NCBI GenBank assembly: GCA_903860135.1
Contig: CAIOPG010000002.1
Span: 1,192 to 65,191, forward strand
DNA length: 64,000 bases
Origin: Candidatus Omnitrophota bacterium
GTDB taxonomy: Bacteria; Omnitrophota; Gorgyraeia; Zapsychrales; Fredricksoniimonadaceae
Direction: 5' to 3'
Shown here: one piece after another, positions 9,065 through 19,709 of the stretch
Position numbering within the stretch: position 1 is the first letter of the stretch
How the letters are laid out: each line of letters starts with the position of its first letter
The notes under the pieces: generated by a model
What the model saw: only the letters and a program-made list of their open reading frames with translations
Told to the model about the DNA's origin: nothing
Database searches by the model: none
Position numbers and translations under genes: made by a program

Positions 9065-9367
9065 ATGCCTTACGAACTTCTTTTGTTATCATCTTTCGAA
9101 CGTGCTATCAAACGGCTTGATCCTAATGAAAAAGCAACGATCAAATTGGCCTTACAAGCACTTTTGATCTATTTCTCGTCCAATAACAATCTTGAAGAAG
9201 CCCAAAGAATAGCACCCAGGTTTTTCTTTAAACAACTGCGCAAGCCATTCTATGAAACTGGTATCGAAGGCAGACTCCGCATTGTGCTCCGTAAAGACGA
9301 CCTGTCATTCTTTGCGATCCTCGCCGGCAATCACGATGATGTCCAACGACTCCTGATGCGAAGCTAA
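9065..9367 (+). CDS. Type II toxin, RelE/ParE superfamily (putative)
   Basis: 100 aa. FERAIKRLDPNEKATIKLAL...GRLRIVLRKDDLSFFAILAGNHDDV matches the RelE/ParE layout (xxKxL motif with C-terminal catalytic region). It follows the AbrB-type antitoxin. Confidence 0.5.
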   Translation: MPYELLLLSSFERAIKRLDPNEKATIKLALQALLIYFSSNNNLEEAQRIAPRFFFKQLRKPFYETGIEGRLRIVLRKDDLSFFAILAGNHDDVQRLLMRS

Positions 9368-9391
9368 AAACACCCTGTCAACAACGACCTT

Positions 9392-10222
9392 TCACAACCC
9401 CCGGCTCCGGCGCAGTTCGTCGTCGGGAACGATCAGGACATTGGGCTTGCCTGAAATAGGGTTTTTGTTCACCACCACGATCGTTTTATAAACTTCTTCG
9501 ATAACCTGGTAATTGATGACTTCTTCGGGGGTTCCCGCTGTAAAAATACGCCCGCTTGACATCAGCGCCATGCGGCTGCAATATTCACTGGCCAGATTAA
9601 GGTCGTGCAAGACCATGACCACCGTCAAATTCATTTCTCTGACAAGCTTCCTTAAAAGATCCATGATCACCACTTGGTGCGTGATATCGAGGTGCGCTGT
9701 TGGTTCATCGAGCAACAAGAGGCGCGGTTCCTGGGCGAGTGCGCGGGCGATCCCGGCCAGCTGACGTTCGCCGCCGCTCAGCTGATTCATCGGCTTGTCG
9801 CGCAAACGCAGTGAATCCGTCAACGCCATGCTCTTTAAGGCCACCGCGCTATCCTGCGCTGACTCCACAAACTGCATATCTTTAAAATACGGCAACCGGC
9901 CTAAAAGGACGAACTCCTCGACCGTCAGATCAACCACCGGAAGGACCTGTGCCACCACCGTGACCTGACGCGCCAGATCACGCCCGGGGATAGCCGCAAG
10001 CCTCTGCCCGTCAAGGATGATCTCCCCAGCCATAGGCCTGATCGCCCGTGACACGGCGCGCAGCAACGTGGTCTTGCCTGAACCATTAGGACCGATAAGC
10101 CCGAAGAATTCACCGCGCTGAACATCAAGATCAACGCCGGAAATAATGGTTTTCTTCCCATAACCACAGGCAAGCCCGGTGACCTTAAGCATGTTCAGCG
10201 CCTCCTTTTTTAGCAAGCGCAT
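9392..10222 (-). CDS. ABC transporter ATP-binding protein, FecE/FepC/BtuD-like (iron-siderophore/cobalamin importer ATPase)
   Basis: Walker A GPNGSGKTTLLRAVS, signature LSGGERQLAGIARAL, Walker B LLLLDEPTAHLD. The likely true start is the internal MLKVTGL. Confidence 0.85.
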   Translation of the reverse strand: MRLLKKEALNMLKVTGLACGYGKKTIISGVDLDVQRGEFFGLIGPNGSGKTTLLRAVSRAIRPMAGEIILDGQRLAAIPGRDLARQVTVVAQVLPVVDLTVEEFVLLGRLPYFKDMQFVESAQDSAVALKSMALTDSLRLRDKPMNQLSGGERQLAGIARALAQEPRLLLLDEPTAHLDITHQVVIMDLLRKLVREMNLTVVMVLHDLNLASEYCSRMALMSSGRIFTAGTPEEVINYQVIEEVYKTIVVVNKNPISGKPNVLIVPDDELRRSRGL

Positions 10223-11189
10223 AAATAAAAATACTCCCGCCCACGATCCCGGTGATCACACCGACAGGCAGTTCCAGCGGCGCGATGACGACGCGTGCCA
10301 GGGTATCGCTGGCAACCAGAAAGATCGCCCCTCCCAAGAAAGACGCCCCCAGCAATATCCGGTGATCCGTGCCGACGAGCCGCCGCATCACATGCGGCAC
10401 CACAAGTCCCACGAACCCGATCATCCCGGCCATGGACACGCAAATCCCGGTCAGGATAGCGCAAAATATAAAAAGGATCTTTTTCACCTGTTCAACAGGG
10501 ATCCCCAAATGGCGCGCCTCTTCTTCGCCGAGCGCGAGCGCATTCAGCGGCAGGCAGAACGCATAGCCCGTCGCCAATGCCGCAAAGGCAAGGCCAAGCA
10601 TGAAGTTAATAAATGAAATATCCGCCCCGCCCAATGACCCCATCATCCAGAACACAATGCCGTGCAGGCTTTCACTGCTGGCGATCGACATCAGCAGCAT
10701 GACCAAGGACGATGCGATAAAACTGATCATGACCCCATTCAACAAAAGCCCCTGCAGTTTGACAGGCCCGGTCCTAAGACTCGAGAAATAAAGGAACACG
10801 ATGACCGCCCCTGCGCCGAGCAACCCCGACACCGGCAAGGTATATGCCCCAACAGCGGAAATGCCCAGGGCAATATTGGCCGCCACCCCCAGCGCCGCCC
10901 CGCCGGAAATACCCAGCGTATATGGCTCAACCAGGGGATTACGGAAAAGTCCCTGCAGGATCACCCCTGCCAGGCTCAGACAACCGCCAATGGCAAGTCC
11001 CATCAGAATACGCGGCAGGCGGATATCACAAATGATGCTGTGCTCCACCGGGCTCCCACCCTGGAGCAGGATACCGATCACTTTCCCCGCCGGAATACCC
11101 GAAGCTCCAACGGACAATGACCACACGATCACCCCCGCCAAAAGCACGATCAAAAAGCCAAGCCAGGATGCCCAGTGTGTGTATTTCAT
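10185..11189 (-). CDS. FecCD-family ABC importer permease (BtuC-like)
   Basis: 334 aa, about 9-10 TM helices, typical FecCD/BtuC profile (LLLNGVMISFIASS..., GIVGGSIFIYAL). Confidence 0.85.
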   Translation of the reverse strand: MKYTHWASWLGFLIVLLAGVIVWSLSVGASGIPAGKVIGILLQGGSPVEHSIICDIRLPRILMGLAIGGCLSLAGVILQGLFRNPLVEPYTLGISGGAALGVAANIALGISAVGAYTLPVSGLLGAGAVIVFLYFSSLRTGPVKLQGLLLNGVMISFIASSLVMLLMSIASSESLHGIVFWMMGSLGGADISFINFMLGLAFAALATGYAFCLPLNALALGEEEARHLGIPVEQVKKILFIFCAILTGICVSMAGMIGFVGLVVPHVMRRLVGTDHRILLGASFLGGAIFLVASDTLARVVIAPLELPVGVITGIVGGSIFIYALAKKGGAEHA

Positions 11190-12022
11190 GATTTAATCTC
11201 CGGATGTACATACCCCATGATCACCTTGAGCGTCTCCACAAAACTTACCGGCGTGGGACTGCACAGCAAATACTCATCCAGGATATTGATCCTCTTTTCC
11301 GTCACGACCTTAAGCGAGCTGAACCGTTCCCAGTTCACCTTCTCGCGCGCCCCGTCAAAACCCATGCTCGAGATCAGGATCACATCCGGAGCTTGCTTAA
11401 GCACCATCTCACGGGAATACTGCACATAGCCCTCTTCCGTCACAATATTCGCCCCACCCGCCATCGTAATAAGGTCGTTCACAAAAGCCCCCTGGCCGAT
11501 CGTAACCAGCGGATTCACCCCCACCTGCACAAACACACTCACCTTCTTCACCGCCTTCAGGCTCGATGTTAAAGCAACAACCTTTTGCCGGGAAGCCGCG
11601 ATGATCGCTTCCGCCTCTTTGTCCCTGCCAAGGATCTGCGCCACCATTTTGAACACTTCACACACCCCGTTAAAATCCCGGGCATTGGGCACATCCACCA
11701 CCTTGATCCCAAGGCTCCGCAATTTCTCTTTAGCCCGGGGATCCGTCAACACCGTCGACAGGACAAGATCCGGCTTTAACGCCACGACCTTTTCAATATT
11801 GATATCCTGGATACTGCCAACGCGCTCTTTCAACTTCGCCGCTTCCGGCCGCGTGCAATACGTCGTCACCCCCACCAGCCGGTCTTCCCCGCCAAGCAGA
11901 TAAATTTCCTCCGTCAACACCGGCCCCAAAGAAATGATCCTCTCCGCCAATTTCTCCTGCGCCTGCGTAAGCGGGTAAAAGAATAATGAAAAAATTAAAA
12001 CCAACGTCCAATTAAGCTTCAT
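11186..12022 (-). CDS. Periplasmic binding protein of iron-siderophore/cobalamin ABC importer (BtuF/FecB-like)
   Basis: Signal peptide MKLNWTLVLIFSLFFYPLTQA. RIISLGPVLTEEIYLLGGEDRLVGVT motif, as in BtuF-type class III binding proteins. Confidence 0.75.
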   Translation of the reverse strand: MKLNWTLVLIFSLFFYPLTQAQEKLAERIISLGPVLTEEIYLLGGEDRLVGVTTYCTRPEAAKLKERVGSIQDINIEKVVALKPDLVLSTVLTDPRAKEKLRSLGIKVVDVPNARDFNGVCEVFKMVAQILGRDKEAEAIIAASRQKVVALTSSLKAVKKVSVFVQVGVNPLVTIGQGAFVNDLITMAGGANIVTEEGYVQYSREMVLKQAPDVILISSMGFDGAREKVNWERFSSLKVVTEKRINILDEYLLCSPTPVSFVETLKVIMGYVHPEIKS

Positions 12023-12135
12023 TGAAAATAATCGTTTCTACTTTTAAGGATTGATCTGAACTTTAGTACCAATTGGCAATATGCCGTACAATTCTTCTAC
12101 ATCCTGATTATCCAATGCCACGCATCCCCATGTCC

Positions 12136-12161
12136 AATCTTTGCGTGAATCTTTGCGTGAA
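12136..12161. repeat. Perfect 13-bp tandem direct repeat AATCTTTGCGTGA x2, about 115-140 bp upstream of the binding-protein gene start
   Basis: Read directly from sequence: aatctttgcgtga aatctttgcgtga. Confidence 0.6.
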
Positions 12162-12263
12162 CCTTTTCCATGAATTCATATCAAAATCCTTTTTTATGCA
12201 CATTCTTCATAAAACTTTTGACACTATCTTGCCAATCATGATTAGCCCTTTTTACCCAAAAGG

Positions 12264-13247
12264 CTAAACTTCACTGACAACATCAAATCCTTTGAAGCTT
12301 CCGGTAATCGCCAGGCCGATAAGCTCGCCGCGGCACAAGCCCTGAGTCTTGATCTTGCGGGCAGTTTCATTCAATGTTGACCCTGAACCGACAGCATCAT
12401 CGATCAAGAGGATGTTGTTATACACCTGCTTCTCGTTAACAATGATGGACGCTGCCGCATTCTCGATGCGATCATTCAGTTTATTCAATGTTTTCTGGGG
12501 AACAATAACCGGCGTCTTCACTTTCACAAATGAAATCTGTGGCTGACTGAGCCCCAGCCGGTGGTCGAGCTCCTTCATTAACTGCACTTCCCGCTTCACT
12601 GTCGGCGGAATAAAGCCAACAGCGTTGATATTGTACTCTTCGAGCAGGCGCTCTACCGAAGGCTTGATGGTATCTACCAGATCAAATATCTGGCGCCTGT
12701 CCTGCGACTGCTTGGCATAAAGGAGCCATTGGCCAAGCTTCGTCTTCCCGAACCGTTCAATCGCATAGAAATCCAGATAAAAAAGATGATCCAAATAAAC
12801 CTTGTTGAAGGTCGCCCTGAATTTTCGCATCCCGTCAATTAAACCGTCTTTCTTAAACGCCTCATATTTCTTGAGCGTAACGCTATACTCAGCCGCCGTC
12901 TTTAGCACATCCAGCGACTGCTTCTCACACCAATAACGAAACGCAGGAACCCCGCTCAAGGGATTCCCCGTCGGTGTAATAAGATAGAAATTATCCTCGA
13001 TCTTTTTCTGAATGGCAGAAGGAATTTCTACGCCCAAAGCCACGGCTTGCCTGTCGTCGATGGAATAAAACACCTTCGGCGGCTTTCCAATCTTCTTCAG
13101 TTTGTTTTGAAGGATGAGCCGAGCCAACTGTCGAAAGACAGCCTGCGGAGAAAGGCCAAGATAACCGCTCAACGCATGAGCCGTTACATTTCCTTTTTGC
13201 TGAACATACGCTACGATCTTATTAGCCGTATCTGTTTTCATCGTCAA
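12264..13247 (-). CDS. Putative regulator: N-terminal winged-HTH with C-terminal type I phosphoribosyltransferase-like domain (PurR/ComF-like architecture)
   Basis: N-terminus AHALSGYLGLSPQAVFRQLARL is HTH-like. The C-terminal PRPP-binding loop is ILLIDDAVGSGSTLNE. Confidence 0.45.
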   Translation of the reverse strand: MTMKTDTANKIVAYVQQKGNVTAHALSGYLGLSPQAVFRQLARLILQNKLKKIGKPPKVFYSIDDRQAVALGVEIPSAIQKKIEDNFYLITPTGNPLSGVPAFRYWCEKQSLDVLKTAAEYSVTLKKYEAFKKDGLIDGMRKFRATFNKVYLDHLFYLDFYAIERFGKTKLGQWLLYAKQSQDRRQIFDLVDTIKPSVERLLEEYNINAVGFIPPTVKREVQLMKELDHRLGLSQPQISFVKVKTPVIVPQKTLNKLNDRIENAAASIIVNEKQVYNNILLIDDAVGSGSTLNETARKIKTQGLCRGELIGLAITGSFKGFDVVSEV

Positions 13248-13273
13248 TAGTTTATAGTTTATACTAAACTATA
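13247..13273. promoter_or_regulatory. Candidate operator: tandem ATAGTTT heptads plus a perfect 9-bp inverted repeat TATAGTTTA-tac-TAAACTATA in the upstream region of the HTH-PRTase gene
   Basis: Seen in sequence. The 13-mer TATAGTTTATACT recurs at 19691..19703, directly upstream of giant gene 1. Confidence 0.35.
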
Positions 13274-13332
13274 CCTCATGTGTCATAAGTATATCCAAAG
13301 ATCAGCAATAAGTCAATGCGGACAACCCGGCA

Positions 13333-14547
13333 TCAAAACACCTGGGAACAAGAGTCGCAGGGGGTGGCCTCGATCTTGCGACGTCTCTTCATCGCCAATT
13401 CACGCAATTTTAACAGGCGTCGCCCGGCTTCGCGCAGGGTTGCTTCTTTTTTGGCAAAGTGGAACCGTATGAGATGCCGGACATCTTCCTTGAAAAAACT
13501 CGACCCCGGCACCGCGGCGACCCCCACTGACTGCGCCATCCATTCACAGAATTCAACGTCGCTCTCGGCCTTAAATTCAGAGATGTCAACCATCACATAA
13601 TACGCCCCCCGGGGGTTGGTATATTTAAGCCCGGCGGCATCAAGCAGCCCGAGAAAAAGATCTTTCTTCGCCTGATAATGCGCCTGAAGTTCTTCATAAT
13701 ACTCATCCGGGAAAAGCAAGGCCGTCACAGCGGCTTCTTGCAGGGGCGCGGCCGCTCCCACTGTCAGAAAATCATGGACCTTGCGTGCGGCCTCAATGGC
13801 CTTGGCCGGGGCAATGATATACCCCAGGCGCCAGCCCGTGATCGAATAGGTCTTCGACAGGGAACTGCACATGAGCGTCCGCTCAAACATCCCGGGCAGG
13901 GTCGAAAAATAAACATGCTTGAACGGCGGGTACACAATATGCTCGTAAACCTCGTCGGTAATAACCCAGGCATCAAACTCTTCGGCCAGCGCCGCGATCT
14001 CGATCAATTCTTCCCGGCTGAAAACTTTGCCCGTCGGATTGCCCGGATTACACAGGATAAGCGCCTTCGGATGCTGTTCAAACGCCGCCCGTAAGACCTT
14101 CCTGTCAAAATTAAACTCCGGCGGCACCAGCGGCACATAGATCGGAATAGCCCCTGTCAGGATAGTGTCCGCCCCGTAATTTTCATAGAACGGTGAAAAA
14201 ACGATCACCTTGTCGCCGGGATTAGTCACGGACATCAGCGCCGCCATCATGGCTTCGGTACTGCCGCAGGTCACCACGATATTTGCCTGCGGATCGATCG
14301 TCATGCCGGTGAAACGGTGGTGCTTCAGCGCCAGTGCCTCACGGAAATTCGCCGCCCCCCAGGTGACCGCATATTGATGCGGCCCCTTGATCCCCGTTGC
14401 GCTCAAGGCCTCCTGCAATGCCTGCGGCGGATCAAAATCAGGAAACCCCTGCGACAAATTAACCGCGTCGAACTGATTGGCCACACGCGTCATCCGGCGG
14501 ATCATGGATTCATTGAAAATTTTGGTACGTTCACTGATATCAGGCAT
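13333..14547 (-). CDS. PLP-dependent aminotransferase, class I/II (methionine/aspartate/kynurenine aminotransferase-like)
   Basis: 404 aa. MIRRMTRVANQFDAVNLSQGFPDFDPP N-terminal motif and SLSKTYSITGWRLGY PLP-lysine motif are typical of the YbdL/KAT subfamily. Confidence 0.85.
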   Translation of the reverse strand: MPDISERTKIFNESMIRRMTRVANQFDAVNLSQGFPDFDPPQALQEALSATGIKGPHQYAVTWGAANFREALALKHHRFTGMTIDPQANIVVTCGSTEAMMAALMSVTNPGDKVIVFSPFYENYGADTILTGAIPIYVPLVPPEFNFDRKVLRAAFEQHPKALILCNPGNPTGKVFSREELIEIAALAEEFDAWVITDEVYEHIVYPPFKHVYFSTLPGMFERTLMCSSLSKTYSITGWRLGYIIAPAKAIEAARKVHDFLTVGAAAPLQEAAVTALLFPDEYYEELQAHYQAKKDLFLGLLDAAGLKYTNPRGAYYVMVDISEFKAESDVEFCEWMAQSVGVAAVPGSSFFKEDVRHLIRFHFAKKEATLREAGRRLLKLRELAMKRRRKIEATPCDSCSQVF

Positions 14548-14604
14548 GACGTTGTCCTCTCATCGCTTATCCCTAACAGCACGGCGGATGTTCCCGATTA
14601 CTGA

Positions 14605-15603
14605 TCAAACCCTGTACCGCCCCAGTTCCTCTTCGCGCATCGGCGTGGCCTTCAGCGTTTCAACGACGCCCTCTTCGGGCAATGTGTGAAGGATGTCGGC
14701 GGCGGTGCGGCCGTTGAGGTCCGCGTAACGGCATAGGGCCCTGATGGACAGCGCGATCTGCTCCGGCGTGAATACGCCACGGCCCAGCGCCACAGGACCG
14801 GCAACGTCAATGGTCTTAAATAAATGATCCCCGGGCTTTGCCAGGCGCAGGAGCGTGTTGTTCTGTAATTCATCGCGCCCGATCACAAGTTTGGCCGAAG
14901 GAGCCAGACGGAAATGTCGCCCTGTTTTAAGGAGCTGCATGTTGGGCATATCCACAGGGCCATGCGCCAGCAAGTCTTTCACACGACGGGAAAAACCTTC
15001 ATCTGTCAGCAGGCACCCGCCAGCGGCACAAGGATAATCGTTCAGGCCAAGCTCTTTGGCAAGGGCGATCTGTGGTTTGCGCGAACGGCCTGAGATCGCC
15101 AGCATGTGATCGCGCTTGACCCAACCCTGCTCTTCGGGGATGCTCGGCGGCAACAGCTTCGCCGACAAAGGCCGAAGCACCAATCCTTCCAGCCCGGCCT
15201 CTTTTTCGATCAGGGCGATCTGGCGCTTCAACTGGCTCATCGGGCGCTGACCAACCACTTCGCCGGTAATGATGAACCCTGCCCCGATCTCGAGCATGAT
15301 CTCTTTGGCCTTCTTGAAAAACAGGATACGGCAATCCTGGCACGGGTTCATATGAGAACCATACCCATGCTTGGGCGCCTTGAGCATCGCCAGAAAATCA
15401 TCACCGGCATTGATGCTACGGCACGGCATCCCCAGCTTGGCCGCCACCGTCTGGGCCGTATGCGCGCACCCATTGATATGCTTGTCGCACTGGCAAAACG
15501 GCGTCTTGTAATTAACCGCCAGCACATCCAGCCCCTCTTTGACCATCAACTCAGCGACCAACGTGCTATCGAGCCCGCCGGAAAGTAACAATACTGCCTT
15601 CAT
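14605..15603 (-). CDS. PP-loop ATP pyrophosphatase, ThiI-like (tRNA sulfurtransferase family) without a THUMP domain, Cys-rich
   Basis: N-terminal PP-loop LLLSGGLDSTLVA. GEVVGQRPMSQ...LVLRPL resembles the ThiI GEALGQVSSQT...LRPL block. Extra Cys motifs CQCDKHINGC, CQDC and CAAGGC suggest Fe-S or persulfide chemistry. Confidence 0.5.
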   Translation of the reverse strand: MKAVLLLSGGLDSTLVAELMVKEGLDVLAVNYKTPFCQCDKHINGCAHTAQTVAAKLGMPCRSINAGDDFLAMLKAPKHGYGSHMNPCQDCRILFFKKAKEIMLEIGAGFIITGEVVGQRPMSQLKRQIALIEKEAGLEGLVLRPLSAKLLPPSIPEEQGWVKRDHMLAISGRSRKPQIALAKELGLNDYPCAAGGCLLTDEGFSRRVKDLLAHGPVDMPNMQLLKTGRHFRLAPSAKLVIGRDELQNNTLLRLAKPGDHLFKTIDVAGPVALGRGVFTPEQIALSIRALCRYADLNGRTAADILHTLPEEGVVETLKATPMREEELGRYRV

Positions 15604-15714
15604 AGCCTATTCCTTTTCATTATCGACGAGGTTATGCCTGAAACCTGCGCTTGATAATAGGCGAAATCCAGGAAACCCACAATAACTTTCTTTCTGATCC
15701 GCAAGCATAATAAT

Positions 15715-15757
15715 ATCAAAAAAGACGGCGTTGATCCGATTTCTGGACCAACGCCGC
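15715..15757 (-). terminator. Rho-independent terminator downstream of cysK
   Basis: Minus-strand 8-bp stem CGGCGTTG/CAACGCCG with a 15-nt loop, followed by UCUUUUUUGA. Confidence 0.5.
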
Positions 15758-15809
15758 ATTCAAACTAACACATTCAATCATGCCACGCAGGCATAGTCTT
15801 CAACACGCC

Positions 15810-16745
15810 TTACGCCTTGATCTCCTGGAAAAGCCAGGTTGACAGATAGCGCTCGCCGGTGTCCGGCAGGACCACAACGATCGTCTTCCCTTTGTTTTCA
15901 GGACGCTTAGCGACTTCGAGTGCGGCCCAGGCGGCAGCACCGCTGGAAATGCCGACGAGGATACCTTCCTGTACGGCAAGTTGGCGTGCGGTGGCACCGG
16001 CATCATCGGTCTTGACCTGGATGATCTCATCGACGATCCCGGCATTAAAGATCGCCGGCACAAAGCCCGCGCCAATGCCCTGGATCTTGTGGGGCCCTGG
16101 CTTCCCGCCGGACAACACCGGGGAATCAAGGGGCTCGACGGCAATGGCCTTGAAGCCAGGCTTGCGCTTCTTGAGGACCTCTGAAATACCCGTGATGGTG
16201 CCGCCGGTTCCAACACCCGCGACCAGAATATCCACCTTGCCGTCGGTATCATTCCAGATCTCTTCAGCCGTTGTCTCACGGTGGATCTGGGGATTAGCCG
16301 GATTGGCAAACTGCTGTAATAAAACCGCATTCGGCGTCGCTGCAGCCAATTCTTCAGCTCTGCGCACCGCCCCCTTCATGCCCTCAAGTCCGGGGGTCAA
16401 TACCAACTGCGCCCCGAAGATCCCCAACAGCTGACGACGCTCGATCGACATGGTCTCGGGCATGGTCAGGATCAGTTTATACCCCTTGGCCGCCGCCACG
16501 AACGCCAGCGCAATGCCCGTATTGCCACTCGTTGGCTCGACGATCACAGAATCCTTGTTCAAGACGCCGCGCTTCTCGGCATCCTCGATCATGGCCAACC
16601 CGATACGATCCTTGACGCTCGACAAAGGATTAAACGATTCTATCTTCGCCAAGACTTCAGCGCTCGCCCCTTCGGCAATGCGGTTCAGGCGGACCAGCGG
16701 TGTCCGGCCGATCGTTTTGGTAATATCACTAAAAATAGCACCCAT
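15810..16745 (-). CDS. cysK: Cysteine synthase A (O-acetylserine sulfhydrylase)
   Basis: 311 aa. [16 protein letters not shown] with PLP-Lys, [10 protein letters not shown] and GTGGTITG motifs. Confidence 0.9.
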   Translation of the reverse strand: MGAIFSDITKTIGRTPLVRLNRIAEGASAEVLAKIESFNPLSSVKDRIGLAMIEDAEKRGVLNKDSVIVEPTSGNTGIALAFVAAAKGYKLILTMPETMSIERRQLLGIFGAQLVLTPGLEGMKGAVRRAEELAAATPNAVLLQQFANPANPQIHRETTAEEIWNDTDGKVDILVAGVGTGGTITGISEVLKKRKPGFKAIAVEPLDSPVLSGGKPGPHKIQGIGAGFVPAIFNAGIVDEIIQVKTDDAGATARQLAVQEGILVGISSGAAAWAALEVAKRPENKGKTIVVVLPDTGERYLSTWLFQEIKA

Positions 16746-16782
16746 GTTGTTCTCCTTCCGATGATGTTATTGAAAATACCTG

Positions 16783-18096
<1,314 letters not shown>

Positions 18097-18143
18097 TTAG
18101 CTTTTTAATCCTACCATTATCCCACTTGCCCATAAAACATTCC

Positions 18144-18347
18144 CTAGATCCCGCCACCATCCTGGACTATCCACACCTCGTCAAAACGGCTCTTCTTAGA
18201 AATTTCCATCTGCACGATCCTGGCATTATGCACCGTGATCGTTACCGTTCCATAATTAAGCCCGTGGATCGAATCACTGATATCTTTGATGATCGCGTCA
18301 TTAACAATACTTTTGTTCACCGGCTGAGTCGCCATTTTATTCTCCAT
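18144..18347 (-). CDS. YezD/DUF2292-family small protein (commonly linked to sulfur-assimilation genes)
   Basis: GTVTITVHNARIVQMEISKKSRF matches the YezD core. It sits immediately upstream of metY-cysK on the same strand. The true start may be the internal MATQ. Confidence 0.55.
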   Translation of the reverse strand: MENKMATQPVNKSIVNDAIIKDISDSIHGLNYGTVTITVHNARIVQMEISKKSRFDEVWIVQDGGGI

Positions 18348-18392
18348 TGCCGTGTCGCCATCTAATTCCCACTAACCCTATCGGGATTATGG

Positions 18393-18421
18393 AAATATAC
18401 CATGCCATACGCTTTTGTCAA
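18393..18421 (-). promoter_or_regulatory. Putative sigma70-type promoter for yezD-metY-cysK
   Basis: Minus-strand TTGACA-17 nt-TATATT about 45 nt upstream of the yezD start. No S-box or SAM riboswitch was recognisable. Confidence 0.3.
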
Positions 18422-18581
18422 GGAAATTCTTACGCACCGCCAGCATCCCCCTCCGTATCTTTCACCTTCCTGGTATTCACCCGCGCCGGGCGTGACTTGT
18501 CGTGCACCTTGGCTTTGGGGTTGATCAACCATACCTTGCGGCACTTGCGCATCACTTCGCGAGACCTGCTAGTAGATGGTT

Positions 18582-19628
18582 TCATAACGACCTCTGCGCC
18601 CAGCGCACGACCGCGCTCCTGGAACGCGGGTTATCGTGACGCTCCTGTGCCCCGGCCCGGATCGGTTCACGGCTGATGGCCGCATACACCCCTGACACAC
18701 ACCCGGCCTCCAACGCCTGCATCACGCGGTTATCTTCACCGGAATGAAATGTCAAAATAGCCGCCTTACCGCCGGGCTTAAGGCAGAACGGCAAATGCCT
18801 CAGGAATTGCTCGAGCACCTGAAATTCATCGTTAACAGCAATGCGCAGGGCCTGAAATGTCCTGCGGACCGAACGGGTATTTTCCTCTTCCGCAGCGTCA
18901 GTCGACGGCCGGGGCAATGCGCGCCGCACCGCCGCACACAGGGCTGTTGTGGTCAGGATCGGCTGGCGGCATTTAAACACCGCCTTGGCGATCCCCTTGG
19001 CCTGCGGCTCATCCGCATGGGCGATGAGGATTTGCTCGAAATCTTTTTCGGATAATGACTGAAGAAGGGCTGCTGCCGATTGCCCGCGCCCGGGATTCAG
19101 CCGCAGGTCCAGCGGGCCTTCATGCTTGAAAGTAAACCCGCGTGCCGGATCATCCAACTGCATCGACGACACCCCCAGGTCCGCGAGGATCAGGTCAAAC
19201 CCCTGCCCCGCCTCCGCCGCAAGCCTGGACACCCCGGCAAAATTCATGCACCGCGCCTTGAATACCTCTTCCCCATACCCCAGTGCCGTCAGGCGCGCCA
19301 CGGTACGTTTGATCTCGACAGGATCCGCATCGATCCCCCACAGGCAACCGCCGGGGATAATGCGTGCCAGGATCTCGCGGGCATGCCCGCCATAGCCCAG
19401 CGTCGCATCGAGCACCACCTGACCCGGCCGCGGATCAAGGATCGCCAGGATCTCCGCCACACACACCGAACGGTGCGTACCCGCCAGGGTTTTCCCGCCA
19501 AGGACGATCTTTGACGCCTCTTCCGCATAACGCGCCGCGTCATGCTCTTTGTATTTCTCGTCAAACCTGCGCGGATGCTTCCCCGCATACCGCGCCCGGC
19601 GCTGAGGCAAAAGAGGATCAACTGACAT
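18582..19628 (-). CDS. rsmH: 16S rRNA (cytosine1402-N4)-methyltransferase RsmH (MraW)
   Basis: VCVAEILAILDPRPGQVVLDATLGYGGHAREIL...GIDADPVEI matches the RsmH SAM-binding core. It has an N-terminal extension of about 40 aa and is not followed by ftsL/ftsI. Confidence 0.8.
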   Translation of the reverse strand: MSVDPLLPQRRARYAGKHPRRFDEKYKEHDAARYAEEASKIVLGGKTLAGTHRSVCVAEILAILDPRPGQVVLDATLGYGGHAREILARIIPGGCLWGIDADPVEIKRTVARLTALGYGEEVFKARCMNFAGVSRLAAEAGQGFDLILADLGVSSMQLDDPARGFTFKHEGPLDLRLNPGRGQSAAALLQSLSEKDFEQILIAHADEPQAKGIAKAVFKCRQPILTTTALCAAVRRALPRPSTDAAEEENTRSVRRTFQALRIAVNDEFQVLEQFLRHLPFCLKPGGKAAILTFHSGEDNRVMQALEAGCVSGVYAAISREPIRAGAQERHDNPRSRSAVVRWAQRSL

Positions 19629-19709
19629 TATTTCCTATCCCCCGCTGTTTCCAGATAAAATAATTTACTCTGATTAGCATACCACTAATATATAGTTTAT
19701 ACTTCGAGC

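Noticed and set aside
12023-12263. Cobalamin riboswitch upstream of the BtuF-like binding protein gene
   Set aside because: No B12-box (GCCACTG-like) or the GC-rich paired elements expected. The region is AT-rich with only a tandem 13-bp repeat.
18348-18581. Possible SAM (S-box) riboswitch or T-box upstream of the yezD-metY-cysK operon. Also the plus-strand ORF 18347..18676 (109 aa).
   Set aside because: The minus-strand leader between the putative promoter and the yezD start is only about 40 nt and shows none of the conserved S-box segments. The plus-strand ORF has no coding-like features and overlaps the promoter region, so it is treated as spurious.
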